A DNA stretch of 64,000 bases from Methanobacteriota archaeon (GTDB taxonomy: Archaea > Thermoplasmatota > Thermoplasmata > SG8-5 > JAGLSY01), in the NCBI GenBank assembly GCA_020696385.1, contig JAEHCQ010000001.1, forward strand, positions 193,003-257,002, read 5' to 3'. Positions 50,100 to 59,628 of the stretch are shown piece by piece (position 1 is the first letter of the stretch; every line of letters begins with the position of its first letter). A program made the translations under genes and the position numbers. The notes beneath the pieces are model-generated. The model was not told the origin of the DNA. It was given only the letters and a program-made list of their open reading frames with translations, and searched no databases.

Positions 50100-51722
50100 A
50101 TGGGCTCCATCCCAATTGGCACAATCCTTAATAATCACCCAAGGTATCTTGCATTGATGATGAAGAAGCTGGTAATTCTGGTTCTCGGGATATTGTTCAT
50201 AATGTCCATCCTCGGAGGTGTATGGTCCATGACCACCGCCCCTCCAAGAACTGGGTTTACAGAAACAGATTACATAAAACCCGCGGCCAGCGGAGCCCTT
50301 GACATGGATTCCATACCACCATATTCCAACACCATTCATGATTCACCTGATCTCAGCATCCAATTCTCACTCGGGCATTTCTACAAAGAATATGGGAGTG
50401 TTATCGATGTCACGGCCACAAATGAAGGTCATCGGGACATATTTCTGATAGCCTTCGCCTTCGAATGGGTGGATACTGGCCAGATATTCTCTAAATATCT
50501 CAACCTCACAATCAAAAGTGGTGAGATCGAGGAACTGGGTCTGCTCAATATTGAAGGGCCTGGTATTACAGGACAAACCGAATATCGCATCCTGGTACAG
50601 GCTCTGGAAAAAAGGACCAATGTGTACTACAAATTGGAGGTGCGCGATGATGACTGGGTGCCATTTGAGTCCAGCACCATCAATGTACTTGATGAAGCAA
50701 TGGAAATGGAATATGATTATCAGATCAATTATTATCATTATTTCGACAGGACCAATGAATTGATAACACCGGACTCGCCATCCATAACCTTCCTGGCCAA
50801 TATCGCCACCACGCAACTGGGTTCAGGATACAAGGTAAGCAAGATAGCGGCGATATTCGATCATGTTGATGAGATACTCACCTATAGATTGGAACCAGAT
50901 GGTGAGGATGATTGGCAGACCCCGGAAGATTGTATCAGCACCAAAACTGGTGATTGCGAGGATTATTCTCTTCTGATTGCGGCCATGGTGAATTCCATTG
51001 GCGGAACCTCGAGGATGTACCTGATAGAAGGACATGCTTTCGCAGCAGTCTATATTGGCAATACCACCCAGGACCTTCAAACTACCGAGGAGAGCATCAG
51101 TGCTTATTACAATACAGAATTGAAAATATACTATCTGGAGGATGAAACCGGTTACTGGGTCATCGCAGATCCATTGGGCTCCTTTTACTTTGGAGGGTCC
51201 CCTGTTGGTGCGGCCCCAGTGAGTGGAGGGGATGATTGGGAATGGACCTTTGAAGAAACGGAGATCGTTCATGCCATCGATATAACAGGAATTGTGCCAG
51301 AAGATGAAATATGGTACAATATAATCTTCTGGATGTTCATGATGTTCCTCACTGGCATCATCCTTATCGCTATGACGACCTATGGTTCAAAAAAGGAGAA
51401 TGCTGTGCCGAATAATACCTGTGCATTGTGCAATTTGCATATCAATGAAAGTCCAGTGATATGTCCTAATTGCAATGCGAGATCACATATCTCATGCCTC
51501 AATGCGGGGAGATACTGTCCCAAGTGCAATACCGCGATAGTTGTGGCAGGTCCGCCAGTTCGACCACCACATACCCCACAGCCACAATATGGACAACAAC
51601 CGCAATCGCACCAACCGCTTCCACAACAGCAGCCAGCAACAACTCAGCCTGTACGAGATACACCTCCACCACCGTCTGTACAGGAACGTCCACTGCCTCC
51701 ACCACCACCTCCAGAAGAGTGA
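50100..51722 (+). CDS. Membrane-anchored transglutaminase-like (Cys-His-Asp) protein with a C-terminal TM helix, cytoplasmic Cys4 zinc ribbon and Pro/Gln-rich tail
   Basis: N-terminal TM/signal segment (MMKKLVILVLGILFIMSILGG; an alternative start is 50157). TGase core GDCEDYSLL...EGHAFAAVY. Second TM helix IWYNIIFWMFMMFLTGIILIAM. Zinc ribbon CALCNLH...CPNC...C...CPKC. Tail PQPQYGQQPQSHQPLPQQQP...PPPPPPEE. Confidence 0.6.
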   Translation: MGSIPIGTILNNHPRYLALMMKKLVILVLGILFIMSILGGVWSMTTAPPRTGFTETDYIKPAASGALDMDSIPPYSNTIHDSPDLSIQFSLGHFYKEYGSVIDVTATNEGHRDIFLIAFAFEWVDTGQIFSKYLNLTIKSGEIEELGLLNIEGPGITGQTEYRILVQALEKRTNVYYKLEVRDDDWVPFESSTINVLDEAMEMEYDYQINYYHYFDRTNELITPDSPSITFLANIATTQLGSGYKVSKIAAIFDHVDEILTYRLEPDGEDDWQTPEDCISTKTGDCEDYSLLIAAMVNSIGGTSRMYLIEGHAFAAVYIGNTTQDLQTTEESISAYYNTELKIYYLEDETGYWVIADPLGSFYFGGSPVGAAPVSGGDDWEWTFEETEIVHAIDITGIVPEDEIWYNIIFWMFMMFLTGIILIAMTTYGSKKENAVPNNTCALCNLHINESPVICPNCNARSHISCLNAGRYCPKCNTAIVVAGPPVRPPHTPQPQYGQQPQSHQPLPQQQPATTQPVRDTPPPPSVQERPLPPPPPPEE

Positions 51723-51788
51723 TGGTTTCTATTTTAGCCAAAGCTGATCCAATACAAATGAATGCATCTTATAAACTGAATGTTTGTT

Positions 51789-52088
51789 TCAAATTTCTGT
51801 ATTTCTATAACGATCTTTCAATTCCCCGGTCTTTCCCTTGTTCCATGAACCGACCTTGCTGAAGAAGCCTGTGACTCTTGTTATTTTCTCGACATTCTTC
51901 CCCTGTCGAGAATAGGCCAGTAGAGCGTTCAACTCATGCTTGTCAATGACCGAGTGTGTGTAATGGGTCTCCGCATCATAGAGCTTGTTCCTGACATAGA
52001 TCCCATCATTACCATCGTGAGCTCCCTCCGCCCACTCATATTCCTCTCCACGTCCATTCAAAAAATCCTTGAAATCTTCAACCTTCAT
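51789..52088 (-). CDS. Small protein resembling the C-terminal glycyl-radical domain of anaerobic (class III) ribonucleotide reductase NrdD
   Basis: 99 aa. The C-terminus ITRVTGFFSKVGSWNKGKTGELKDRYR matches the NrdD-type R-V-x-G-[YF]...N-x-G-K...E...R glycyl-radical signature as recalled from memory. There is no upstream zinc ribbon and no nrdD in the window. Confidence 0.45.
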   Translation of the reverse strand: MKVEDFKDFLNGRGEEYEWAEGAHDGNDGIYVRNKLYDAETHYTHSVIDKHELNALLAYSRQGKNVEKITRVTGFFSKVGSWNKGKTGELKDRYRNTEI

Positions 52089-52186
52089 ATTTGACCCATC
52101 CTAGATTTATCAGTATCATATGGTATGACAAATTGGTATAAAATCATGACCCCTATGTGTGCGAAAACATGCATTTACAATCCACA

Positions 52187-52918
52187 TTATCCATCATGAG
52201 AATTATCATTCATATTCCTGTTCTTCAAGTATCTTCGAATAAGGAAGACGATGATAGCCAGCAGCACGATCGTGCCGATTAAATAGGATACAGTGGAGCC
52301 AAAGATATCAAGCATCTGCTCCCCGATATAGAAGGAAGGGATAGCGATGGCAAAACATCCCACGGTGGAGCCACCAAAAACAGACATGAGAACATTTCTT
52401 TTTTCCATTCCGCCAAATATGCCGAATATGGTCGCCATTATCCCACCACTCCCCTGGAATGGCAATGCCACGTATGCGGCCAGACCATACCGTGCCAGTC
52501 TTTTCTTTTCTGGCCTTGATTCAAGTTTCTTCCTGCCCAATTCCTCAAATGACATGACGAATTTTCCTATCTTCGGTATCTTAGTTATCAGATCGAAGTT
52601 CCAGATTATGAAGATCGAGCACATGACATCCACAAATATCACGGATGTGGCAATAAGAATTATAGCAAAGGTAGCGGTCGGCGGATCGGCCAGTTCCAGA
52701 AGGCCGAGCATCGCTATTGGTATCAGCACTTCCTTTCCAAATGGAGAGATGAAGTATGATAATATCAGTGCTCCGATGACAGGCCAGAGATTCGGATCAA
52801 GCAGACCGAAGAGCATGATCAGATACAGGGCGCTTATCAGGATGGGCAGCATGAAATTAAGAACTGCCTTCAAAATAGCGTTCATCCCTGAGACATTCTC
52901 ATTATCTTCCATGTTCAT
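52187..52918 (-). CDS. Integral membrane protein, possibly small multidrug-export-like (COG2426-like)
   Basis: 243 aa with about 6 TM helices. The family assignment is tentative. Confidence 0.5.
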   Translation of the reverse strand: MNMEDNENVSGMNAILKAVLNFMLPILISALYLIMLFGLLDPNLWPVIGALILSYFISPFGKEVLIPIAMLGLLELADPPTATFAIILIATSVIFVDVMCSIFIIWNFDLITKIPKIGKFVMSFEELGRKKLESRPEKKRLARYGLAAYVALPFQGSGGIMATIFGIFGGMEKRNVLMSVFGGSTVGCFAIAIPSFYIGEQMLDIFGSTVSYLIGTIVLLAIIVFLIRRYLKNRNMNDNSHDG

Positions 52919-52922
52919 GAAC

Positions 52923-53486
52923 TCAATCCTTTTTCAGCTCCATCATCCCGGCCAGCTTGTCAAAGGCCCGGGATCTGTGTGACATTTTGTTCTTTTCTTC
53001 CAGGGTCATCTCGGCAAACACCCTGGCATGTCCTTCGGGCATGAATATGGGATCGAAGCCAAAGCCAGTTGTGCCTCTTTCCTCCTTCGAAATGGAGCCA
53101 TCCACGCGACCCCTGGCGATATGTACATTCCCACTCTCATCGATATAACCCGCACAGCACTTGAAATGCGCCTGCCTTTCAGTATCGGAATGCATGAGAT
53201 CCAGTATTCCCTGGCATCCCAGAGTGTGCAGGACATAGGCGGAATAAACACCTGGAAAGCCCTCTCGATCATCCAGGAATAAGCCAGAATCATCGATCAT
53301 CAAAGGGCGGGAATATTCCTTCCAAAGGAACTTGAGACCATCCTCCACCACCTCATCCAGGGTGTCGGCCTGGATCTCCGGATATGGAGCGATCAATTGT
53401 TCGACCTCGATACCAAGATGTGAAAATCTTTCCTGCACCTCGATCAATTTTCCCTTATTGCTTGTGGCGAACCATATCTTTCTCAT
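52923..53486 (-). CDS. Non-canonical purine NTP pyrophosphatase (dITP/XTP pyrophosphatase, Ham1/RdgB family)
   Basis: FATSNKGK and GFGFDPIF motifs and an ...SHRSRA C-terminal signature. 187 aa. Confidence 0.85.
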   Translation of the reverse strand: MRKIWFATSNKGKLIEVQERFSHLGIEVEQLIAPYPEIQADTLDEVVEDGLKFLWKEYSRPLMIDDSGLFLDDREGFPGVYSAYVLHTLGCQGILDLMHSDTERQAHFKCCAGYIDESGNVHIARGRVDGSISKEERGTTGFGFDPIFMPEGHARVFAEMTLEEKNKMSHRSRAFDKLAGMMELKKD

Positions 53487-54097
53487 GAATATCTTCCTCT
53501 TTTCTCTATATTTTTGACAATGGCCAGTATTTTTTGGCCATCCTCATAAACTCCCAGATAGCCCTTGGATATACTATCAAAAAGTTCTGGAAATTCAGAG
53601 TGTGCGCTGTCAATCGCTTCCTTTAACAAATGTAGATCCACACCTTTCTTCTCAGGCTCGCAGCTTTTTTCCCCCAGACCGAAATCTATGAAATACGCGG
53701 TCCCGTCCCTGAAGATGATATTGGAAGTGGTGAGGTCACCATGGATGATATCGTTCTTGTGTAGCAAGCCCACTGACCGTCCTATTGTCTCGGCCAGTTC
53801 ATAGCGATCATCCAGATCCTGAAGAAGTATCTTGGCCAGATCGCCATCGATGTATTCCATTACCATTATGAAATTAGAAACATCGATGTCATAGACGATG
53901 GGAGTCGCGATCCCATACTGCTTGGCCTCGGACAAAAGAGAGGCCTCTTTCTTGGTTCGGGATGTTCTCAACATCATGTCCAATGACTCCACCCTGTAGC
54001 TCTTGGGTGACCTTTTTTTGAACACGACATCTCGGCCATGCCATTCGCCTCTCGTGATAGTGGCCTCGGCTCCTCGTTTTATCATGGTATTGCCCAT
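53483..54097 (-). CDS. bud32: KEOPS complex kinase Bud32 (Kae1-associated kinase)
   Basis: About 200-aa atypical small kinase (IKRGAEATI...VVFKKR...YR...EASLLSEA...IVMEYIDG...HGDLTTSN...DFGL). 4-nt overlap with the Ham1 gene. Confidence 0.75.
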   Translation of the reverse strand: MGNTMIKRGAEATITRGEWHGRDVVFKKRSPKSYRVESLDMMLRTSRTKKEASLLSEAKQYGIATPIVYDIDVSNFIMVMEYIDGDLAKILLQDLDDRYELAETIGRSVGLLHKNDIIHGDLTTSNIIFRDGTAYFIDFGLGEKSCEPEKKGVDLHLLKEAIDSAHSEFPELFDSISKGYLGVYEDGQKILAIVKNIEKRGRYS

Positions 54098-54232
54098 ATG
54101 ATGGTGAATCCCTCAGGTGTTATAAATATTGTTTCCGCTCAACGCTAATTGAATACAAATATGATACAGGCTATAGAACGGGCAAAGATGGCCAGTAAGT
54201 GCATGATCGGCTATCCGATACTTCAGATCGGC

Positions 54233-54739
54233 TCATTCAATAGGAGGAATTGATAGGAGTTCCTGCAAATTATCCATGACAGCCAGGCCTTTTATGACAT
54301 CCTTTCTCGTGATGATACCGACCAGTTTTTTATCCCTCAATACAGGGATTCGATTGACGGACTTCTTGTTCATGATATCAATGACATGACTTATGCTATC
54401 ATCTTCCTGGATGGTGTGTGGCTTTGGGTTCATCAGATCAGATACGCGTGATTTGGCGATATCGATGAAGGCTTCTTTGGCCTCCTTATCATCAAATTTT
54501 TCGATAAAGGAAACACTGACCATCGATAGAGATGGATATACCATTTCCAGTCTCTTGTACCTGACCTTCATTGCATTGAGTATGTCCTTCTCGCTCAGAA
54601 TTCCCACTAATTTGCCTTCACCATCAACGACAGGCGCGCCAGATATTCCTCTACTGGCGAGCTTCTCCACGGCCATGCTGATAGTATCCTCACCATGGAG
54701 AAAGATCACATCATCCGTCATTATCTTACTAACTTTCAT
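54233..54739 (-). CDS. CBS-domain pair protein
   Basis: Two CBS motifs (VSKIMTDDVIFL..., VSDLMNPKPHTI...). 168 aa. Immediately downstream of paaK. Confidence 0.7.
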   Translation of the reverse strand: MKVSKIMTDDVIFLHGEDTISMAVEKLASRGISGAPVVDGEGKLVGILSEKDILNAMKVRYKRLEMVYPSLSMVSVSFIEKFDDKEAKEAFIDIAKSRVSDLMNPKPHTIQEDDSISHVIDIMNKKSVNRIPVLRDKKLVGIITRKDVIKGLAVMDNLQELLSIPPIE

Positions 54740-56035
54740 TCAAGCCTTCCTCTTATCATGGACCCTTTTGGCCTTTCCTTCGCTTCTTGGCAGGGTGCCT
54801 GGATCCATAAGCTCGATCCTCGCTCTGACTGTCAGAACAGCCTGTAGCTCGCCCTCCAGCTTCTTCGCGAAGCCAGCAGGGTCATAGTCTGGTGAATTGA
54901 ATAGTTCGGGTGTTACTTCGACCTGAACATGCATACTATCAAGAATGTCCCTGTCGATGATTATCAGGTACTGGTCACCCACGCCTTTGATGTTCATGAG
55001 AACATGCTCAACCTGGCTTGGGAAGACATTCACGCCTCCGATTATGAGCATGTCATCGCTTCTGCCCTTGATCCTCATTATCCTTGGATGGGATCTGCCG
55101 CATGCGCATGGTTCATAATTGATAACAGCCAGATCCTTTGTCCTGTATCTCAACAATGGCATTGCTTCTCGTGTGAGCATGGTGAATACAAGCTCACCTT
55201 TTTCTCCTTCTGGTAGAACTTCTCCAGTGTCAGTGTCAATGGTCTCTACAAGGAACTCGTCACTCCAGATATGAAGGCCATTCTGTTCCTTGCACTCGAC
55301 AGCCACGCCAGGGCCATAGAGCTCGCTCATTCCAAAGCAATCATAGGCCTTTATTCCAAGGGATTCCTCGATCCTCTTCCTGGCCTCTTCGGACCATGGT
55401 TCGGCTCCGAACATTCCCACTTTGATATTGAAATCCTCTTTCGCATTGTAGCCTTCCTTCTCGGCGGCTTCGGCCAGATAAAGGGCATAAGAGGGTGTGC
55501 AGGCGATGACCGTGGACTGCATGTCCTTGAGCATCATCAACTGCTTCTTGGTATTGCCAGTACTTATCGGGATCACTGTCGCGCCCAGCTTTTCGGCCCC
55601 ATAATGGAACCCAAGGCCGCCTGTGAACAGTCCATAGCCGTAGCAATTCTGGACTATATCGCCCTCGCCAACTCCTGCAGAAGCATAGCATCTGGCCATG
55701 AGAGTGGTCCATGTATCCATGTCCTGCTCAGTGTATGTGACGACAGTCGGCTTGCCCGTTGTCCCGGAGGAAGCGTGCAGCCTGACGATCTGATCCAGGG
55801 GAACTGCTCTGATACCGTACGGGTAATGCTGCCTAAGATCATCTTTGACAGTGAAGGGCACTTTGTGGGCATCCTCCAGACCTTTGATATCGCCTGGAGT
55901 AATTCCAGCATCATCAAATTTCTTCTTGTACATTGGCACATTGTCATAGGCATATTTCACCATCTTGACAAAACGTTCTGATTGCAGTTTCCTTATCTCT
56001 GGAAGTTTCATATTCTCTATATCTGGCTGATACAT
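54740..56035 (-). CDS. paaK: Phenylacetate--CoA ligase family protein (PaaK / coenzyme F390 synthetase-like adenylate-forming enzyme)
   Basis: 431 aa with PaaK N-terminus (LQSERFVKMVKYAYDNVPMYKKKFDDAGI), adenylation motifs (SSGTTGKPTVV, YGxTE-like) and a C-terminal PaaK-like domain. Confidence 0.8.
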   Translation of the reverse strand: MYQPDIENMKLPEIRKLQSERFVKMVKYAYDNVPMYKKKFDDAGITPGDIKGLEDAHKVPFTVKDDLRQHYPYGIRAVPLDQIVRLHASSGTTGKPTVVTYTEQDMDTWTTLMARCYASAGVGEGDIVQNCYGYGLFTGGLGFHYGAEKLGATVIPISTGNTKKQLMMLKDMQSTVIACTPSYALYLAEAAEKEGYNAKEDFNIKVGMFGAEPWSEEARKRIEESLGIKAYDCFGMSELYGPGVAVECKEQNGLHIWSDEFLVETIDTDTGEVLPEGEKGELVFTMLTREAMPLLRYRTKDLAVINYEPCACGRSHPRIMRIKGRSDDMLIIGGVNVFPSQVEHVLMNIKGVGDQYLIIIDRDILDSMHVQVEVTPELFNSPDYDPAGFAKKLEGELQAVLTVRARIELMDPGTLPRSEGKAKRVHDKRKA

Positions 56036-56348
56036 TCGATCCCTCGTGGAATGCGAAGGCGAGAATATCTATATACTTTACGGTGGAAGCTATCAGAACA
56101 AAATAATATGAATCGCCATCATATTGTTCTGAAAGCTTCCATCCAAGGCCATAAGCCCGATTTCGCAGAGGTCTAAAATCTCTGCGTTTATTCAAATATA
56201 CATTGATGGGCTTACGGCAACCGTCTACTCTTATTGGCAATGCAAGGCACCGGATTTTATATTATGGAGGGTACCGACGATAAATATTAGTGGCGGGGTC
56301 CACCCCCATAAACACCTTAATATTCCATGAAGCCTTATCCAAACTCAC

Positions 56349-57575
56349 ATGAATATCAAAATTCTCGGAGGAGCCAGCGAGGTCGGGAGCTATGCCGTCC
56401 TTATTGAGGATGACGACATCAAATTACTCGTTGACAATGGATTGACACCCTCAAAACCTCCAAAATATCCAAAGAAGCCACCAGCGGTGGATCTCGCATT
56501 CCTAAGCCATGCCCATATAGATCACTCGGGCATGATACCATGGCTCTCCATGGAATATGGTAATGATGTTATTGCCACGGAGCCAACAATAACAGTTGGG
56601 TCCATGCTCCTGGAAGATACGGTCAAAGTATCCTCCTCGGAGGGATATCCAGTACCCTATGAGAAGAGGGATGTCAAGGCCATGAAAAGGCATTTCCAGG
56701 TTGCCACCTATGGTGATGTCATTGACGTCGGAGGATTGGAGGTCGAACTTCATTCGGCAGGACATATTCCTGGATCGACCATGTTCGCCATACAGGGTTC
56801 AAAGAAAGTGATGGTGACTGCCGATATCAATACAGTGGATACACATCTCGTAAAAAAGGCTGAGCCAGAGAAGTGTGATGTCCTGGTCATGGAAAGCACC
56901 TATGCGGGGAGAAATCACCCGCCCAGGGACGAGACCGAGAAGCAGTTCATTGAAAAGATCGGTGAGGTCATTGACAGAGGAGGATTGGCAATAGTTCCTT
57001 CATTTGCAGTTGGACGTTCACAGGAAATACTCATGATCCTCATGGATGCTGGGTTCGAGGTATGGCTGGATGGAATGGGAAGGGCAGTTGCTCGAGAATT
57101 CCTACCATTGAAGAAGTATCTGGGATCTGCAAGTGACCTTAGAAGGGCGATGGATCAGACCAATATGGTCAGGCACAGGGATCAGAGAAAAGAGGCACTG
57201 AAAGGACAAGTCATCGTGACTACCAGCGGTATGCTGGATGGAGGACCTGTGCATGAATATCTGAAGGCCCTGAAGAATGATGAGAACAGTGCGGTCCTGC
57301 TTACTGGTTTCCAGGTAGAGGAGACAAATGGCCGTTCACTTTTGGAGAATGGTACCATCAAACTCTATGGTGTTGAAACGACCATAGATTGTGAGGTTGG
57401 ATTCTTTGACTTTTCAGCCCATGCGGATCATGATGAGCTGGTCAAGTTCGCCAAGGCCTGTGATCCCGAGAAAGTCATACTCACCCATGGGGATGACAGA
57501 GAGAAGCTTCTGGAAGACCTGAAGGACTTCGATGTCATACTCCCAATAGAGGGCGATGATATACCTTTGGATTAA
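56349..57575 (+). CDS. Metallo-beta-lactamase fold beta-CASP ribonuclease (short archaeal aCPSF2-like form)
   Basis: MBL motif HAHIDHSG, downstream D/H motifs and a beta-CASP domain. 408 aa. Confidence 0.7.
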   Translation: MNIKILGGASEVGSYAVLIEDDDIKLLVDNGLTPSKPPKYPKKPPAVDLAFLSHAHIDHSGMIPWLSMEYGNDVIATEPTITVGSMLLEDTVKVSSSEGYPVPYEKRDVKAMKRHFQVATYGDVIDVGGLEVELHSAGHIPGSTMFAIQGSKKVMVTADINTVDTHLVKKAEPEKCDVLVMESTYAGRNHPPRDETEKQFIEKIGEVIDRGGLAIVPSFAVGRSQEILMILMDAGFEVWLDGMGRAVAREFLPLKKYLGSASDLRRAMDQTNMVRHRDQRKEALKGQVIVTTSGMLDGGPVHEYLKALKNDENSAVLLTGFQVEETNGRSLLENGTIKLYGVETTIDCEVGFFDFSAHADHDELVKFAKACDPEKVILTHGDDREKLLEDLKDFDVILPIEGDDIPLD

Positions 57576-57610
57576 TACAAAGATTTATTAGGCCTCGAGG
57601 AATCACGGAT

Positions 57611-57928
57611 TTGGTTCATATGTCAAGTAGAAAATTGAAGCCAGAGATCGCCATGTACATGAGAAGGATAGGCGACATGAGGACAGACAAGAAGCATGGA
57701 AGAGCAGTACAATTATGTGACAGGGTCTTGGATTATGGTCCAGATCCAGCATTGCTCAATGTGATACTGAACTTCAAGGCGGATTCTCTTTTCAGGGTCG
57801 GAAGAAGAGTGGGCAGTCAGGAACTTATAAGCGAGGCCAGAACCATTTTCGCAACTGTTCTTGAAGCAGACCCAGATGATTACCTTGCACAATCAGGTAT
57901 TGACGAGATCAACTTTTACCAATATTAA
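57611..57928 (+). CDS. Hypothetical protein (105 aa)
   Basis: ORF between the nuclease and pdxT; helical-repeat-like. Not recognised. Confidence 0.35.
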   Translation: MVHMSSRKLKPEIAMYMRRIGDMRTDKKHGRAVQLCDRVLDYGPDPALLNVILNFKADSLFRVGRRVGSQELISEARTIFATVLEADPDDYLAQSGIDEINFYQY

Positions 57929-57976
57929 TTCATCAATATCCTGGCATAAGTCTTTTATTTCAATTGTCAATGTACA

Positions 57977-58582
57977 GTGACAATGATCATCGGAATTCTG
58001 GATATCCAGGGAGCGGTTTCGGAGCATGAAGTGGCATTCGAGAGAGCGTTCATGTCAAAGAACATGAAAGGAGCGACAAAGCTCGTAAAGACCCTGGATG
58101 ATCTAAAGGATATTGATGGATTGGCTCTTCCGGGTGGTGAGAGCTCGGCCATATCCGCGCAGTTGGCCAGACTGGGAATGGATAAGGAAATTCACAGGAT
58201 GGTGGAACAAGGGTTTCCAATAATGGGAACATGTGCTGGCACGATCTTGCTGGCAAAGAGATTGATCACCGATATGGATGAGGAGATCACTGTACCTCTT
58301 GGGCTCATGGACATAACTGTCAAGCGCAATGCTTTCGGAAGGCAGAAGGAATCTTTCGAGCATTATATCGAGATCAAGAATATGGACGAGCCATACGGTG
58401 CGGTTTTCATAAGAGCTCCCATGATCAACGAGGTGGGGGAAGGGGTTGAATCTCTGGCGATGCTCAATGATGAAATTGTCATAGCCAGGCAGAGTAATAT
58501 GTTGGCCATGGTGTTTCATCCAGAATTGACAATGGACACGAGGATCCACGAGATGTTTATTGATATTGTTTTAGAAATATGA
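57977..58582 (+). CDS. pdxT: Pyridoxal 5'-phosphate synthase glutaminase subunit PdxT
   Basis: Class I glutamine amidotransferase. IIGILDIQGA, LALPGGESSA, the GTCAG catalytic Cys and a C-terminal H..E. Confidence 0.85.
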   Translation: MTMIIGILDIQGAVSEHEVAFERAFMSKNMKGATKLVKTLDDLKDIDGLALPGGESSAISAQLARLGMDKEIHRMVEQGFPIMGTCAGTILLAKRLITDMDEEITVPLGLMDITVKRNAFGRQKESFEHYIEIKNMDEPYGAVFIRAPMINEVGEGVESLAMLNDEIVIARQSNMLAMVFHPELTMDTRIHEMFIDIVLEI

Positions 58583-58791
58583 GTGACATATTAATTCATG
58601 ATTAAGATACACTAACATCATAATTAGATATTACATATACCAAATAACACACGTGTAAACTAAGTAAATATCTTAATTATCACGCGCAATCTATGTTAAG
58701 TCATATATATGAGGTGCATTATTAACCCGTAGGTTTGCCGACAAACTCCTTGTTGGTATTACCCAAAAAGACACATCAAGGGAGGTCAACA

Positions 58792-59628
58792 ATGTACGAA
58801 ATTGTCAGCATGAAAGAATTAGTCCCAGATATATTTGAGGCAGTGGTCAAAGCACCAGAGATGGCGAAGAAGGCCAAGGCCGGAGAGTTTTTGATAGTTA
58901 TGGCCGATGAGAAAGGCGAGAGAATACCGCTCACAGTGGCCGATTATGACAGAGAAGCAGGCACGATAACGATCGTCTTCATGACGATTGGAAAATCCAC
59001 ATACAAGCTTTCAAAGATGAAGGCCGGGGATTCATACTATGCCTTCGTTGGGCCTTTAGGTCATGCTTCCGAGATCAAGGATTATGGCACAGTTATCTGT
59101 GTCGCTGGTGGCGTTGGAACCGCCCCCATTTACCCAATTGCCAGGGCACTGAAAAAAGCGGGCAACAAGATCATCACCATTCAGGGCGCCAGGAATAAAG
59201 ACCTGATATTCTGGGAGGACAAGATGGCCTCCGTGAGTGACGAGCATATCATCATGACCGATGATGGGACCCATGGAAGAAAGGGACTTGTCACAGAGCC
59301 ATTGAAGGAGATTCTGGAAAGAGATGGTGACAAGGTTGGCATAATCTATGCCATCGGTCCGATCCCGATGATGAAATTTTCAGCTTTAACATCCAAGCCA
59401 TTCGGAAACCTGACCATGGTGAGTCTTAATTCCATCATGGTTGACGGTACTGGAATGTGTGGTGGATGCAGATGTGAAGTTAAGGGAGAGACGAAATTCA
59501 CATGTGTCGATGGCCCCGAGTTCGATGGCCATCAGGTGGACTGGAACCTTCTTGGATCCAGGCAGCGTATTTACCTGGACCAGGAGAAGGAATCACTTGA
59601 CAATTACAAGGCAGAGGAGGGAGCTTGA
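58792..59628 (+). CDS. NfnA/SudB-like ferredoxin-NADP reductase-type subunit (FAD/NAD-binding, [2Fe-2S] C-terminal cluster)
   Basis: Start at ATG 58792 with GGGAGGT RBS; the track's 58735 start is spurious. MYEIVSMKEL..., GGVGTAPIYP and CGGCRC...C cluster motifs. Confidence 0.8.
   Translation: MYEIVSMKELVPDIFEAVVKAPEMAKKAKAGEFLIVMADEKGERIPLTVADYDREAGTITIVFMTIGKSTYKLSKMKAGDSYYAFVGPLGHASEIKDYGTVICVAGGVGTAPIYPIARALKKAGNKIITIQGARNKDLIFWEDKMASVSDEHIIMTDDGTHGRKGLVTEPLKEILERDGDKVGIIYAIGPIPMMKFSALTSKPFGNLTMVSLNSIMVDGTGMCGGCRCEVKGETKFTCVDGPEFDGHQVDWNLLGSRQRIYLDQEKESLDNYKAEEGA

Noticed and set aside
55271-55981. 236-aa plus-strand ORF 55271..55981
   Set aside because: It is antisense to the well-supported paaK-like adenylate-forming enzyme gene.
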